A stretch of 64,000 nucleotides of DNA from contig CANBRQ010000001.1 of the NCBI GenBank assembly GCA_947371955.1, positions 8,313-72,312 of the forward strand. Reading direction: 5' to 3'. The notes under the pieces are model-generated. The model made no database searches and was not told the origin of the DNA. It saw only the letters and a list, made by a program, of their open reading frames with translations. This document shows positions 9,929 through 19,059 of this stretch, piece after piece. This stretch comes from Paracoccaceae bacterium. GTDB lineage: Bacteria > Pseudomonadota > Alphaproteobacteria > Rhodobacterales > Rhodobacteraceae. Position 1 is the stretch's first letter; every line of letters begins with the position of its first letter. Position numbers and translations under genes: made by a program.

Positions 9929-10681
9929 ATGATGACCCCTGTTCAGGACCTCTTCGCGCCCCAAAGCTGGTACCGGTCCGACAAGGGACCGCGCTATGCG
10001 CAGTTGTACCGGCACATCGCCGCCCTGATCCGCTCTGGCGCGCTGGAGGCCGAGGCGCAGCTGCCGCCGGAACGGGATCTTGCCGAGATGGCCGATGTCA
10101 GCCGGGTGACGGTGCGCAAGGCGGTGGCGCAACTGGTCGAAGAAGGCGTGCTGGAACAGCGGCGCGGCGCGGGCACCTTCGTGCTGCCGGTGCCGCAACG
10201 GCTGGAACAGTCTCTGTCCAACCTGATTTCGTTTACCGAACACATGAGCCAGCGGGGGAAAACCTCCTCGTCCCAAGTGCTGCAACGCGGGCTGTATCCG
10301 CCGCGACCCGAGGAGCAGATGGCCTTGGGCCTGTTGTCAGGGCAAAGGGTGGCCCGGATCGAACGGCTGCGGAGCGCGGATGGGCAGGCGATGGCGCTGG
10401 AATGGTCCTCGCTGCCGGAAGACATCCTGCCGGACCCGTTTCTGGTGGAAACCTCGCTGTATTCCGTGCTGCGTGATCTGGGTTGCGCGCCGGTCCGGGC
10501 GGTGCAGCGGGTGACGGCGGTGAACCTTGAGGAATCAGAGGCGCATTTGCTGAACCTTTCCCCGGGGGCTGCCGTGTTGCGGATCGACCGGACCGGCTAC
10601 CTGGCCTCTGGCCGCCCGATCGAGTTCACCCGGGGCCTCTACCGCTCCGACATTTACGATTTCATCGCGGAATCGCGTTAG
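9929..10681 (+). CDS. nagQ: GntR/HutC-family transcriptional regulator (NagQ-like)
   Basis: wHTH LPPERDLAEMADVSRVTVRKA, RRGAGTFV, and a UTRA domain (ISFTE...IEFTRGLYRSD); divergent from the nag operon. Confidence 0.8.
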   Translation: MMTPVQDLFAPQSWYRSDKGPRYAQLYRHIAALIRSGALEAEAQLPPERDLAEMADVSRVTVRKAVAQLVEEGVLEQRRGAGTFVLPVPQRLEQSLSNLISFTEHMSQRGKTSSSQVLQRGLYPPRPEEQMALGLLSGQRVARIERLRSADGQAMALEWSSLPEDILPDPFLVETSLYSVLRDLGCAPVRAVQRVTAVNLEESEAHLLNLSPGAAVLRIDRTGYLASGRPIEFTRGLYRSDIYDFIAESR

Positions 10682-10688
10682 GAGCAGC

Positions 10689-12521
10689 ATGGAACTTGGC
10701 TTTGACGCCCGGATTGTGGGCACGGAAATTCACTGCGATATCGTCTCTGATACGGCGCTGAAGGGGGCGGTCTTCTGTTGTTCGATCATGACCCCGGCAC
10801 GGGTCGTGTCAGGTGGCACGCTGGTGCGGCAGGTGGCCGGGTATTCCGAGGTGGCGTTGCCGGATTTGGTACCGGGCCTGCCACATCGGGTGGTGCTGAT
10901 GCATGATGGCAAAGGATTTTCGCCGAGAAACCGGGCCTGGCTGCCGCTGGGTCCGTATCTGCGCACGATCTACGGGCCCTTGCCGCTGCCCGCGACCGAG
11001 TTGGGGGTGAGGTATGACACCGAACCGCCCCACATGGCGCCGGAATTTGCCGGGCTGAAGCTGGTGCCGCAGCCGACGAAATGGCTTCCTTCGGGTGGCA
11101 CGCTGCGGGCGACGGCATTTGCTTGCGCTGACCCGCAGTTCGCTTCGGTTGATGCCTTGGCGCGGCGGCGCGGCCTGGCTCCGCTTATGGCCGAGGATGG
11201 CGTGCCGGTGACGATCCAGCGCGACGAAAGTCTTGGCGAGGATCATGTGCTGGAGATTGCCCCCGACGGCGTTTCCATCCGCGCCGGGAGCGTGTCCAGC
11301 CTGTTTGGTGCCGCAATCACCCTGTTGTCCTTGCGAGAAACCTATAGCGGGGCGCTGCCCTTGGGGCGCATCGAGGATGGACCGCGCTTTGCATGGCGGG
11401 GCCAGCATCTGGACTGCTCGCGGCATTTCTTCGAGGTGGCGTCGATCCTGAAGCTTCTGGACCTGATGGCGTTCTTCAAGCTGAACCGGTTCCACTGGCA
11501 CTTCTCGGACGATGAAAGCTTCCGGCTGCAGGTCGATTGCGCGCCGGAGATTTGGCGGAAGACCGAGTTCCGGGGTGAGGGCCAGTTGATCCCCGGCGTC
11601 TGGGGCGGTGGTATTCGCGCGGGCGGCAGCTATTCCAAGAAGGATGTGGCGCGGGTGCTGGCGCATGCCAAGGCGCTGCACATCGAGGTGTTGCCGGAAA
11701 TCGAAGTCCCCGCCCATTCCCACGCCCTGAACGCTTCGCATCCCGGGATGCGAGACCGGGGCGACAATGGGGCCGAGATGTCTGTGCACGGTTTCCTTGA
11801 AAACACGCTGAACCCGGCGATGCAGGAAACATGGAACCTGGTGGAGCCTTTGGCGTTGGAAGTGGCAGGGATGTTCCCGATCGGCATCCTGCATCTGGGC
11901 TGTGATGAACTGCCGCACGGGGCATGGGACGGCTCACCCGCCATCACCAAGTTGAAGGCTGATCTTGGGCTGAAGGATCGTGACGACGTGCAGGGTTGGG
12001 CGATGTCCAAACTGGCCGGTTTCCTGCAGTCGCACGGCATCAGGACGGCGGCTTGGGAGGAGGCCGCGAAGGGTGCGAATGGCGGGATTGGTCACGATTG
12101 TCTGCTGTTCTCCTGGACGGGTCAGGGGCCGGGGATTGCCGCCGCCCGGGCCGGGCATCAAGTGGTGATGTGTCCGGCGCAGAACATCTACTTCGACATG
12201 GCGCACACGTCCGACCCCGAAGACTGGGGTGCCGCATGGGCCGCCTATGTGGCGCTGGAAGATGTGGTGAACTGGAAGCCGGTACCCACGGGCGCCGAGG
12301 ATATTGCCGACAAGGTGCTGGGTGTTGAGGGCTGCTTCTGGAGCGAATTCACCACGCATGACATGGAGATGGAGCCTATGCTGGCGCCGCGCATCCTCGG
12401 GCTGGCCAACAAGGCCTGGGACCGGACAGACCGGGTGGACGGGCCGGCGCTGCGGTCTTTGGCTCAGGCCTATGGGCCCTTGTTTGACCGGATCGGGTGG
12501 CAGCGGCACAAAGGTGCTTGA
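10689..12521 (+). CDS. GH20 beta-N-acetylhexosaminidase, no obvious signal peptide
   Basis: DGPRFAWRGQHLDCSRHF, KLNRFHWHFSDD, LPEIEVPAH, HLGCDE catalytic pair, GVEGCFWSE. Confidence 0.92.
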   Translation: MELGFDARIVGTEIHCDIVSDTALKGAVFCCSIMTPARVVSGGTLVRQVAGYSEVALPDLVPGLPHRVVLMHDGKGFSPRNRAWLPLGPYLRTIYGPLPLPATELGVRYDTEPPHMAPEFAGLKLVPQPTKWLPSGGTLRATAFACADPQFASVDALARRRGLAPLMAEDGVPVTIQRDESLGEDHVLEIAPDGVSIRAGSVSSLFGAAITLLSLRETYSGALPLGRIEDGPRFAWRGQHLDCSRHFFEVASILKLLDLMAFFKLNRFHWHFSDDESFRLQVDCAPEIWRKTEFRGEGQLIPGVWGGGIRAGGSYSKKDVARVLAHAKALHIEVLPEIEVPAHSHALNASHPGMRDRGDNGAEMSVHGFLENTLNPAMQETWNLVEPLALEVAGMFPIGILHLGCDELPHGAWDGSPAITKLKADLGLKDRDDVQGWAMSKLAGFLQSHGIRTAAWEEAAKGANGGIGHDCLLFSWTGQGPGIAAARAGHQVVMCPAQNIYFDMAHTSDPEDWGAAWAAYVALEDVVNWKPVPTGAEDIADKVLGVEGCFWSEFTTHDMEMEPMLAPRILGLANKAWDRTDRVDGPALRSLAQAYGPLFDRIGWQRHKGA

Positions 12522-12522
12522 A

Positions 12523-14211
12523 TCAGGCTCTGAACAGGCGGTTTGAGGCTTCAGCGGAATAGCGGCCCAGGCGCAGGTCTTCCTCGATCAGCGCCTTGTC
12601 GCGCTGATCGGGTGGGCCATAGCCGCCGCCGCCGGGGGTGCGGACGCGCACGCGGTCGCCGGGGGTAAGAGCGATGTCTTGCGCTTTGGAAAGATGCTCG
12701 GGGACCGAGGTCACGCCCTTGCGCGTCACTTCAACCCGGTTGACCGCTCCATCCTGCCCGCCCAAGGCACCCTGCGGCCCGGTGCGACCGTGATCCATCA
12801 CGAAACTGGCCCGGGCGTTGCCGCGCAGCAGTTCGATTTCGTAGTCCAGCCCGAAGCCGCCGCGATGCTGGCCCGCACCGCCCGAGCCCTCATGCAAGGC
12901 GTAGCGGTGGTAGAGGACGGGAAAGTTCTGCTCCATAATTTCCACTGGAGGGGCTTTCGAGATGCCGATGGTGGAGCAGCCGTTCGACAGCCCGTCATGA
13001 TCGGCATTGCCGCCATACCCGCCGCCAGAAATCTGGTACATCACGTAGTCGCGGCCCTTGAGCGGATCATGCCCGCCCAGCCCGAAGTTGCCGCTGGTTC
13101 CTGCGGGGGAGGCGGTGACGCGGTCGGGCAAAGCAGTCACCAACGCGGCGAAAACGGCCTCGGCGATGCGCTGGCTGACCTCGGCGGCGCAGCCGGACAC
13201 AGGGCGCGGATAGGCGGCGTCCAGGAAGGTTCCGGCGATGTTTTCGACGATAAGCGGCTCGAAGGCGCCCGCAGAAAGGGGGACTTCGGGGAAGATGTGC
13301 CGGATGGCGAGGTAGACTGACGAGAGGGTAGTCGCGCGGACGGAATTCATTGGGCCCATGCAGGGGGGCGAGGACCCGGCAAAGTCGAAATGCAACCTGT
13401 CGCCCTTGCGCTCGACCGAAAGGGCGATGGTGAGGGGTTCGTTGACGACGCCGTCACTGTCGATGAATGCGCGGGAGACGTGGCGGCCTTCGGGGATGAG
13501 GGTTATCAGCTTGCACATCTGTTGGCTGGCGCGCTTTCGGATTTCGGCGATGGCTTGCGCGACGGTGGCATCCGAATAGCGGTCCAACAGCATCGTCAGA
13601 CGCTCGGCCCCGACCAGAAGGGCCGAGGCCTGCGCCTTCACGTCGCCGATGCGCTGATCTGACACGCGGATATTACTGCGGATTATGTCCCAGATCTCCC
13701 GGTCCATCTCGCCGCGTTTGAAAAGTTTGACGGGAGGAAGGCGCAGGCCCTCTTGTTCCGCGCTGATGGCGGAGGCGGAGAAACCGCCGGGCACCGCGCC
13801 GCCCGTGTCGGGCCAGTGGCCGGTGTTGGACAGCCAGAAAGCGAGCCTGTTGTTGCGGAAATAGGGCAGGACGAAGCGCACATCCATCAGGTGGGTGCCG
13901 CCGAGGTAGGGGTCGTTGACGATGTAGATGTCGCCGGGCTCGGGCGCGGCGGTGATGCCAGCGGCGATGCGGGCGATGAGGGATTGGGTGGAAAACTGCA
14001 TGACGCCGACGAAGACCGGCAGGCCCTGCGCACCTTGGGCAATCAGCGCGCCATCCTCGGCGGCGTAGATTCCGTCAGAGCGGTCGTTCGCCTCGGCAAT
14101 CACCGGAGAGAAGGCGGCGCGGGAGAAGGTCAGATCCATCTCGTCGCAGATCTGTTGCAGGCTGGCTTGGATGACGGCCAAGGTGACGGGGTCGATTTTA
14201 GGTGTTGGCAT
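12523..14211 (-). CDS. Hydantoinase B / 5-oxoprolinase-family subunit
   Basis: FSPVIAEANDRSDG, NDPYLGGTHLMD, GHWPDTGG, TPGGGGYG. Confidence 0.9.
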   Translation of the reverse strand: MPTPKIDPVTLAVIQASLQQICDEMDLTFSRAAFSPVIAEANDRSDGIYAAEDGALIAQGAQGLPVFVGVMQFSTQSLIARIAAGITAAPEPGDIYIVNDPYLGGTHLMDVRFVLPYFRNNRLAFWLSNTGHWPDTGGAVPGGFSASAISAEQEGLRLPPVKLFKRGEMDREIWDIIRSNIRVSDQRIGDVKAQASALLVGAERLTMLLDRYSDATVAQAIAEIRKRASQQMCKLITLIPEGRHVSRAFIDSDGVVNEPLTIALSVERKGDRLHFDFAGSSPPCMGPMNSVRATTLSSVYLAIRHIFPEVPLSAGAFEPLIVENIAGTFLDAAYPRPVSGCAAEVSQRIAEAVFAALVTALPDRVTASPAGTSGNFGLGGHDPLKGRDYVMYQISGGGYGGNADHDGLSNGCSTIGISKAPPVEIMEQNFPVLYHRYALHEGSGGAGQHRGGFGLDYEIELLRGNARASFVMDHGRTGPQGALGGQDGAVNRVEVTRKGVTSVPEHLSKAQDIALTPGDRVRVRTPGGGGYGPPDQRDKALIEEDLRLGRYSAEASNRLFRA

Positions 14212-16222
14212 GGGGCACCTCGATGATCAGATTTCCGTCGTGGTCGGTGGAGGCATGGCAGCCGGGGTCGATGAGGACCGTGGTATCCATCTGCTCGATG
14301 ATCGCCGGGCCTGAGAGGGTGGCGGACAGCGGCATATGATCGCGCCAGTAGACGGGCGTTTGCACCCAGCCGTTGAACCAGACTGGACGGGTTTCGCGGG
14401 GCAAAAGCGTCTCTGATCTGCCGGAAATCGGGATGAGTTGGCCGAGGTCAGGTTCCGGCCTGCGACCGATGACCGAGACGCAGAGATTCACCAGGTTGGC
14501 GCGGATTGAGGGCAGGTCAACGCGGAAGCGGGCGAAATAGGCGGCTTCGAACAGGGTTTGCAGGTCCTCTCGCGAAGGCGATGTATTGGGGAGGCGGATG
14601 CGCAGCACGTGGGTCTGGCCGATGAACTGCATGTCGGCGGTGTATTCGGCCTCAATCGATGCGACCTGAACCTGTTCGGCGGCGATCATGGCGCGGCCCT
14701 CAGCCTCTTGGGCGGAGAGCATGGAATGGACCCGGGCAATGTCCGCGAGATCAAGCGGCTGGTTGAGTGTGCGCACGAAGTCGTGCCGCAGGTCAGCCAC
14801 GACGCAGCCCAGGGCGTTGGTCAGGCCGGGACGGGCGGGCACCAGAACGCGGGGGACGGCGAGCTCCTGCGCCAGCGCCACCGCATGCAAGGGGCCGGCG
14901 CCGCCGAAGGCGAACAGGGCGAAGTCACGGGGGTCGGCACCCAAGGACAATGAAACCATGCGGATCGCCCCGGCCATATGGGTATTGGCAATGCGGATCA
15001 CGGCCTCGGCGGCCTGTTCGATGGAAAGGCCAAGGGGCATTGCGATCTGGTCTTGCATGGCCTGCCGCGCCGCCTCTGCCGTCACACCAAAGCGGGCAGC
15101 GGGCAACCGGCCAAGGATCAGGTTGGCGTCGGAAATCGTCACTAACGTGCCACCACGGCCATAGCAGACAGGCCCGGGATAGGAGCCCGCACTTTCCGGG
15201 CCAACCCGCAACATGCCTCCGGCGTCGATCCGCGCGATGGAGCCGCCGCCCGCGCCAACTGTTCGCACATCGACCATCGGCACGTGGATGGGCATGGCAT
15301 GTTCCACCTCGATCTCGTTTGACACCGGGGCCCTGCCCTCGCGGATCATCGCCACATCGGTGGACGTGCCGCCCATGTCATAGGTCAAGAGGTTGGGCAT
15401 CCCAGCCCGCCGCCCCGTGGCCAAGGCCGCCATCACACCAGAAGCGGGGCCGGACATCACGGTCTTGACCGCCTCGCGCGCGACCTTTTCGGCGGAAACC
15501 ATGCCGCCATTGCCGTTCATGACCAGAAGGCTGCCCGGATAGCCCTGATCGCGCAGGTCGTGCGCCAGACGACTGATGTAGCGTTGCAAAAGGGGTTGCA
15601 CGGCGGCGTTGACGGCGGCAGTCACGCCCCGTTCAAACTCGCGGCTTTCGGACAGAAGGGCGTGACCGAGGGTGATGTGGTCATTCGGCCAAAGCTGTCG
15701 GGCAATCTCTTCGGCGCGGAGTTCGTGGGAAGGGTTGGCATAGGCGTGCAGGAAGTGGATGACGAGGCTTTCGCAGCCTTGGTCGCGCAGTTGGCTTACT
15801 GCTTGGGTTAGGGCAGGCTCGTCCAGATGTGTCACTATATTGCCCAAAGCATCCATCCGCTCTGGCACTTCAAGGCGCAGGTCGCGGGGGATAACAGGGC
15901 GGAACTGGCCCTTCATGCCATAGGCTTGCGGCCTTGTACGGCGGCCAAGTTCCAGCACGTCGCGGAAGCCTTGGGTGGTGATCAGGCCGGTCTTGCACAG
16001 ATTGCGCTCCAGCACGGCGTTGGTCGTGGTTGTCGTGCCGTGAACGATCAGGGCGATGTCGGCGAGGTTGACCTCGGCGGCCGCAAAGGCGGCCAACACG
16101 CCGCCGGCCTGATTGGGCAGTGTGGTGGGCACCTTGGCCATCTTGAGGCCACCGGTTGCCGGATCGAGGATCACCAGATCGGTGAAGGTGCCGCCCACAT
16201 CAACGCCCGCGATCAGCGACAT
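14198..16222 (-). CDS. Hydantoinase A / 5-oxoprolinase-family ATP-dependent subunit
   Basis: GVDVGGTFTD, HGTTTTTN, SGPASG, DMGGTSTD, GAGGGS, FGGAGPLH. Confidence 0.92.
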   Translation of the reverse strand: MSLIAGVDVGGTFTDLVILDPATGGLKMAKVPTTLPNQAGGVLAAFAAAEVNLADIALIVHGTTTTTNAVLERNLCKTGLITTQGFRDVLELGRRTRPQAYGMKGQFRPVIPRDLRLEVPERMDALGNIVTHLDEPALTQAVSQLRDQGCESLVIHFLHAYANPSHELRAEEIARQLWPNDHITLGHALLSESREFERGVTAAVNAAVQPLLQRYISRLAHDLRDQGYPGSLLVMNGNGGMVSAEKVAREAVKTVMSGPASGVMAALATGRRAGMPNLLTYDMGGTSTDVAMIREGRAPVSNEIEVEHAMPIHVPMVDVRTVGAGGGSIARIDAGGMLRVGPESAGSYPGPVCYGRGGTLVTISDANLILGRLPAARFGVTAEAARQAMQDQIAMPLGLSIEQAAEAVIRIANTHMAGAIRMVSLSLGADPRDFALFAFGGAGPLHAVALAQELAVPRVLVPARPGLTNALGCVVADLRHDFVRTLNQPLDLADIARVHSMLSAQEAEGRAMIAAEQVQVASIEAEYTADMQFIGQTHVLRIRLPNTSPSREDLQTLFEAAYFARFRVDLPSIRANLVNLCVSVIGRRPEPDLGQLIPISGRSETLLPRETRPVWFNGWVQTPVYWRDHMPLSATLSGPAIIEQMDTTVLIDPGCHASTDHDGNLIIEVPHANT

Positions 16223-16800
16223 CAGCGCAGCCCGTCCTCGCCCTTCACCTGCCAGACCTCTAGCCCGCCCATGCGGGAGTGGATGCGCGCGCCTTTCGAC
16301 ATGGCCAGAACAAAGACGATCTCATCGGCGCGGGGGGCGTCGGGGACGGTGACGGTGATGGCGTCGAAATGGCTGCGGACGTAAGCCGCGTTGATATGGG
16401 CCAGGGGCACGTCAAGGCTGCCGCCCATGGGTGCGACCTTCATGGCCGAAGGCACGATGGCGCGGCTTTCGCCAAGCCGGGCGCGCATCGCGTAGCCGCC
16501 AGGGGCGTGCCAAAGTGAGCCGTGTTCAGCCTCGCCCGAGGCGCCGACCATGGCGCCCTTGCCGTAGCCGTCGATGCCGTCCCGACCGTTCAAGGCGGCA
16601 ATCAGGCGATCGGTCATCATCAGGCCGAGGGGTTTCAGATCCTCCATCGCGGGCTGCAAATCAGGCTCAAACATGGCGGAAAAGGGGTTCTTGACCACGG
16701 CAAGGATCGCGCCGCGCAGACGAGGGGGGGAAGCGGGACCGCCCTCGTGAAAGATCTCCTCGATCTGCAGGGTCAAGCGGCGGAGGGGGAAATCAGGCAT
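16222..16800 (-). CDS. Amino acid synthesis family protein (DUF1185-like)
   Basis: Start moved to ATG 16800. EEIFHEGG, GYGKGAMVG, EHGSLWH, SHFDAITV, DAPRADEI. Confidence 0.8.
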   Translation of the reverse strand: MPDFPLRRLTLQIEEIFHEGGPASPPRLRGAILAVVKNPFSAMFEPDLQPAMEDLKPLGLMMTDRLIAALNGRDGIDGYGKGAMVGASGEAEHGSLWHAPGGYAMRARLGESRAIVPSAMKVAPMGGSLDVPLAHINAAYVRSHFDAITVTVPDAPRADEIVFVLAMSKGARIHSRMGGLEVWQVKGEDGLR

Positions 16801-17614
16801 CGAGGCGCTCCAGAATCGCGGCACCGGTGGTGCGCATGTGGGAATTGAGACAGAAGGCGGCACCGAGGATCAGGTCACGTTGCAAGCAGGTTTCGGCAAA
16901 GGCTTGGCCGTTGGACAGGGCGCGCAGGCTATCGGCATCGGTCAACGGGCCGACATGGGTGGTGACCAGACGCGGGCCGAGGTCGGTATCGCATTGCAGG
17001 CTGCTGGCCGGGGCACGTTGGATGGCGGGATGGTCGGGCAGGGTGACTTCGTTGGCAATCATGGTGGCGGCGGCATCGGCCATCGGCGCGGTTTTCGCAA
17101 GAACAGTGACGCAATCCGCTATACCCATCGAAAAGCTGCGCCCGCGCCAGCCCGATGTGGCGATGCCGCGGATTGGGTCTGCATGTGAGATCATGATGCG
17201 GGTCGGTGTACCAGCTATGGCGGCGGTCAGGCTTTGACCCGGAGCGAGGTGCAACGCGATGTCACCTCCGTTATTGACGTAGGCGCGCTGCAAAGGGGCT
17301 TGGGTCATTGCGGCCAGAACGGTCTCGGCCACGGCACCTGCGACGGCGGCCATCGGGGTGATGAAAGCGGGGCGAAAGGGAGCAACGGCGGCTGCCATTT
17401 TCCGAGCGATTGGGCCGTTCAGTGACGCATTTGGGCTGCGCAGAGCCGGTAACTCGGCCACCAGTTCCTCCAGCAGGCCATCGAAGCGCAGGGTCGCGTT
17501 GCGGTAGGCCTCCACTTTCGCGGAGGGGGTGCCCCAGGCCTCGCAGATCAGGTCGATCGGGCCGTGGTGCAGATGCAGACGGCCATCGGGCATCTGTGTG
17601 GCTTGCAGGCTCAT
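16793..17614 (-). CDS. UPF0280-family protein (ApbE-like)
   Basis: Start at ATG 17614 overlapping the hnr stop. LHLHHGPIDL, FITPMAAVAGAVA, NNGGDIA, GIATSGWRGRSFSMGIAD, ADAAATMIAN. Confidence 0.85.
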   Translation of the reverse strand: MSLQATQMPDGRLHLHHGPIDLICEAWGTPSAKVEAYRNATLRFDGLLEELVAELPALRSPNASLNGPIARKMAAAVAPFRPAFITPMAAVAGAVAETVLAAMTQAPLQRAYVNNGGDIALHLAPGQSLTAAIAGTPTRIMISHADPIRGIATSGWRGRSFSMGIADCVTVLAKTAPMADAAATMIANEVTLPDHPAIQRAPASSLQCDTDLGPRLVTTHVGPLTDADSLRALSNGQAFAETCLQRDLILGAAFCLNSHMRTTGAAILERLDA

Positions 17615-19059
17615 CGCGTGCCGCCTTCTGGCCAAGGGCGGAGGAGAGCACTGGTCGGATACTCACCGCCCAAGGCCAGAGCCTGATCAACGGTGACGAC
17701 CTGATCCATATGCCCGCCCATCGCAAGGTAATCGGCAACCGGCAGGGTGAATTCCAGCGGGGCCACCAAGGCCGGCGTGGGGACCGAGCCGAAAGCACCC
17801 TTTGGCAGATCAAGGACATCAACCATGAAGGTGATCCCGCCACCCGGCCAGACATAGCACTGCGCCCCGCCTAGCGTCAGGCGGGTGGTGCCCTCTTGGA
17901 TCGACCGCGTTAGCCGAACGGGGTTCTTTGTCACGCCAGCGCGCAAGGAACCCCCGGCGCCGCCGATGAAGAGGACAGTGCAAAGCGCAGGCTCGCAGTT
18001 CTCGGCAATCAGGGAGACGGTCGGCTGCAAGGCCTCGGGGAAAGGCTGTTTTTGCGGGATCAGAGCCTGATCCAGCAGATAATATGCATAATCCTCACCC
18101 GTGGTGGAGACCATCAGAAGCGACATGCCGGGGCGCGCGCCCTTTTCCGGACGCCAGGGGCCAAGGATTTCCAGCGGGTCGGTCAGTTTGGTCCCGCCCC
18201 AGCCAAGGCCTGGGTCCGAGACGCGGAAATAGCGGCCGGGGGTGGAGCGGTAGCCCTTGATGCGGATGCCGGACGCGGGCCAGTCAAGCACCTTGCCCGC
18301 TTGATGTTCCGAGACGACGCCTGTGATGTGGTCATCTACCACGACAACCTCATCAACCAGACCCTGCCATTGGGCCGCGAACATGCCGATGGTGGCGGAC
18401 CCGCAGCCGACCCGCATCCGGTATTCGGGCGTGCCGTCGACAATGGGCGGCATTCCGGCCTGTACAGTGACGCTTGCGCCGTTGTCGATGGTCAGGTCCA
18501 CCGCTTGCGCATTGCACAGCGCCAGCATGGCGGCACAGGTCTCGCGCCCCTCGGCCTTCGATCCGCCGGTCAGGTGATGGACACCACCGAGTGACAGCAT
18601 CTGGCTGCCATATTCCGCAGTCGTGACATGGCCGATCACTTCCCCATTCTGGCGCACCTTGCCGCCCTCTGGGCCAAGGTGACGGTCCGTGTCGATCTTC
18701 ACCTTGACCCCGCAGTAGGAGAAGATCGCCTCGGTCACAACGGTAACCATATCGGCGCCTTCAACCTTGGAGGAGACGATGAAGGGGGCGGGTTTGTAAT
18801 CCGGGTAAGTGGTGCCCGAACCGATGCCGGTGACGAAGATATCAGCAGGAACAGGCTCTGACTTGGCGGCTTCGGGCCAGCCAGGATTGGCGAAGGGGAC
18901 GATGCGGCTGCCGGATTGCAGCGCGTGAGTCAGCATGACGACCGGGTCGGTCCGCACGATCCGGCCATCGGCATTGGCATAGCGGTCGCAGGCGCCGGTC
19001 TGGCCGGGCGCGATGTAGCACATGACGGGGCAGGCATCGCAGCGGATTTTCTCAGACAC
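17611..19059 (-). CDS. hnr: 6-hydroxynicotinate reductase-like Fe-S flavoprotein
   Basis: N-terminal CDACPVMC...[37 protein letters not shown]; located in an operon with an XDH-family enzyme. Confidence 0.8.
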   Translation of the reverse strand: MSEKIRCDACPVMCYIAPGQTGACDRYANADGRIVRTDPVVMLTHALQSGSRIVPFANPGWPEAAKSEPVPADIFVTGIGSGTTYPDYKPAPFIVSSKVEGADMVTVVTEAIFSYCGVKVKIDTDRHLGPEGGKVRQNGEVIGHVTTAEYGSQMLSLGGVHHLTGGSKAEGRETCAAMLALCNAQAVDLTIDNGASVTVQAGMPPIVDGTPEYRMRVGCGSATIGMFAAQWQGLVDEVVVVDDHITGVVSEHQAGKVLDWPASGIRIKGYRSTPGRYFRVSDPGLGWGGTKLTDPLEILGPWRPEKGARPGMSLLMVSTTGEDYAYYLLDQALIPQKQPFPEALQPTVSLIAENCEPALCTVLFIGGAGGSLRAGVTKNPVRLTRSIQEGTTRLTLGGAQCYVWPGGGITFMVDVLDLPKGAFGSVPTPALVAPLEFTLPVADYLAMGGHMDQVVTVDQALALGGEYPTSALLRPWPEGGTR

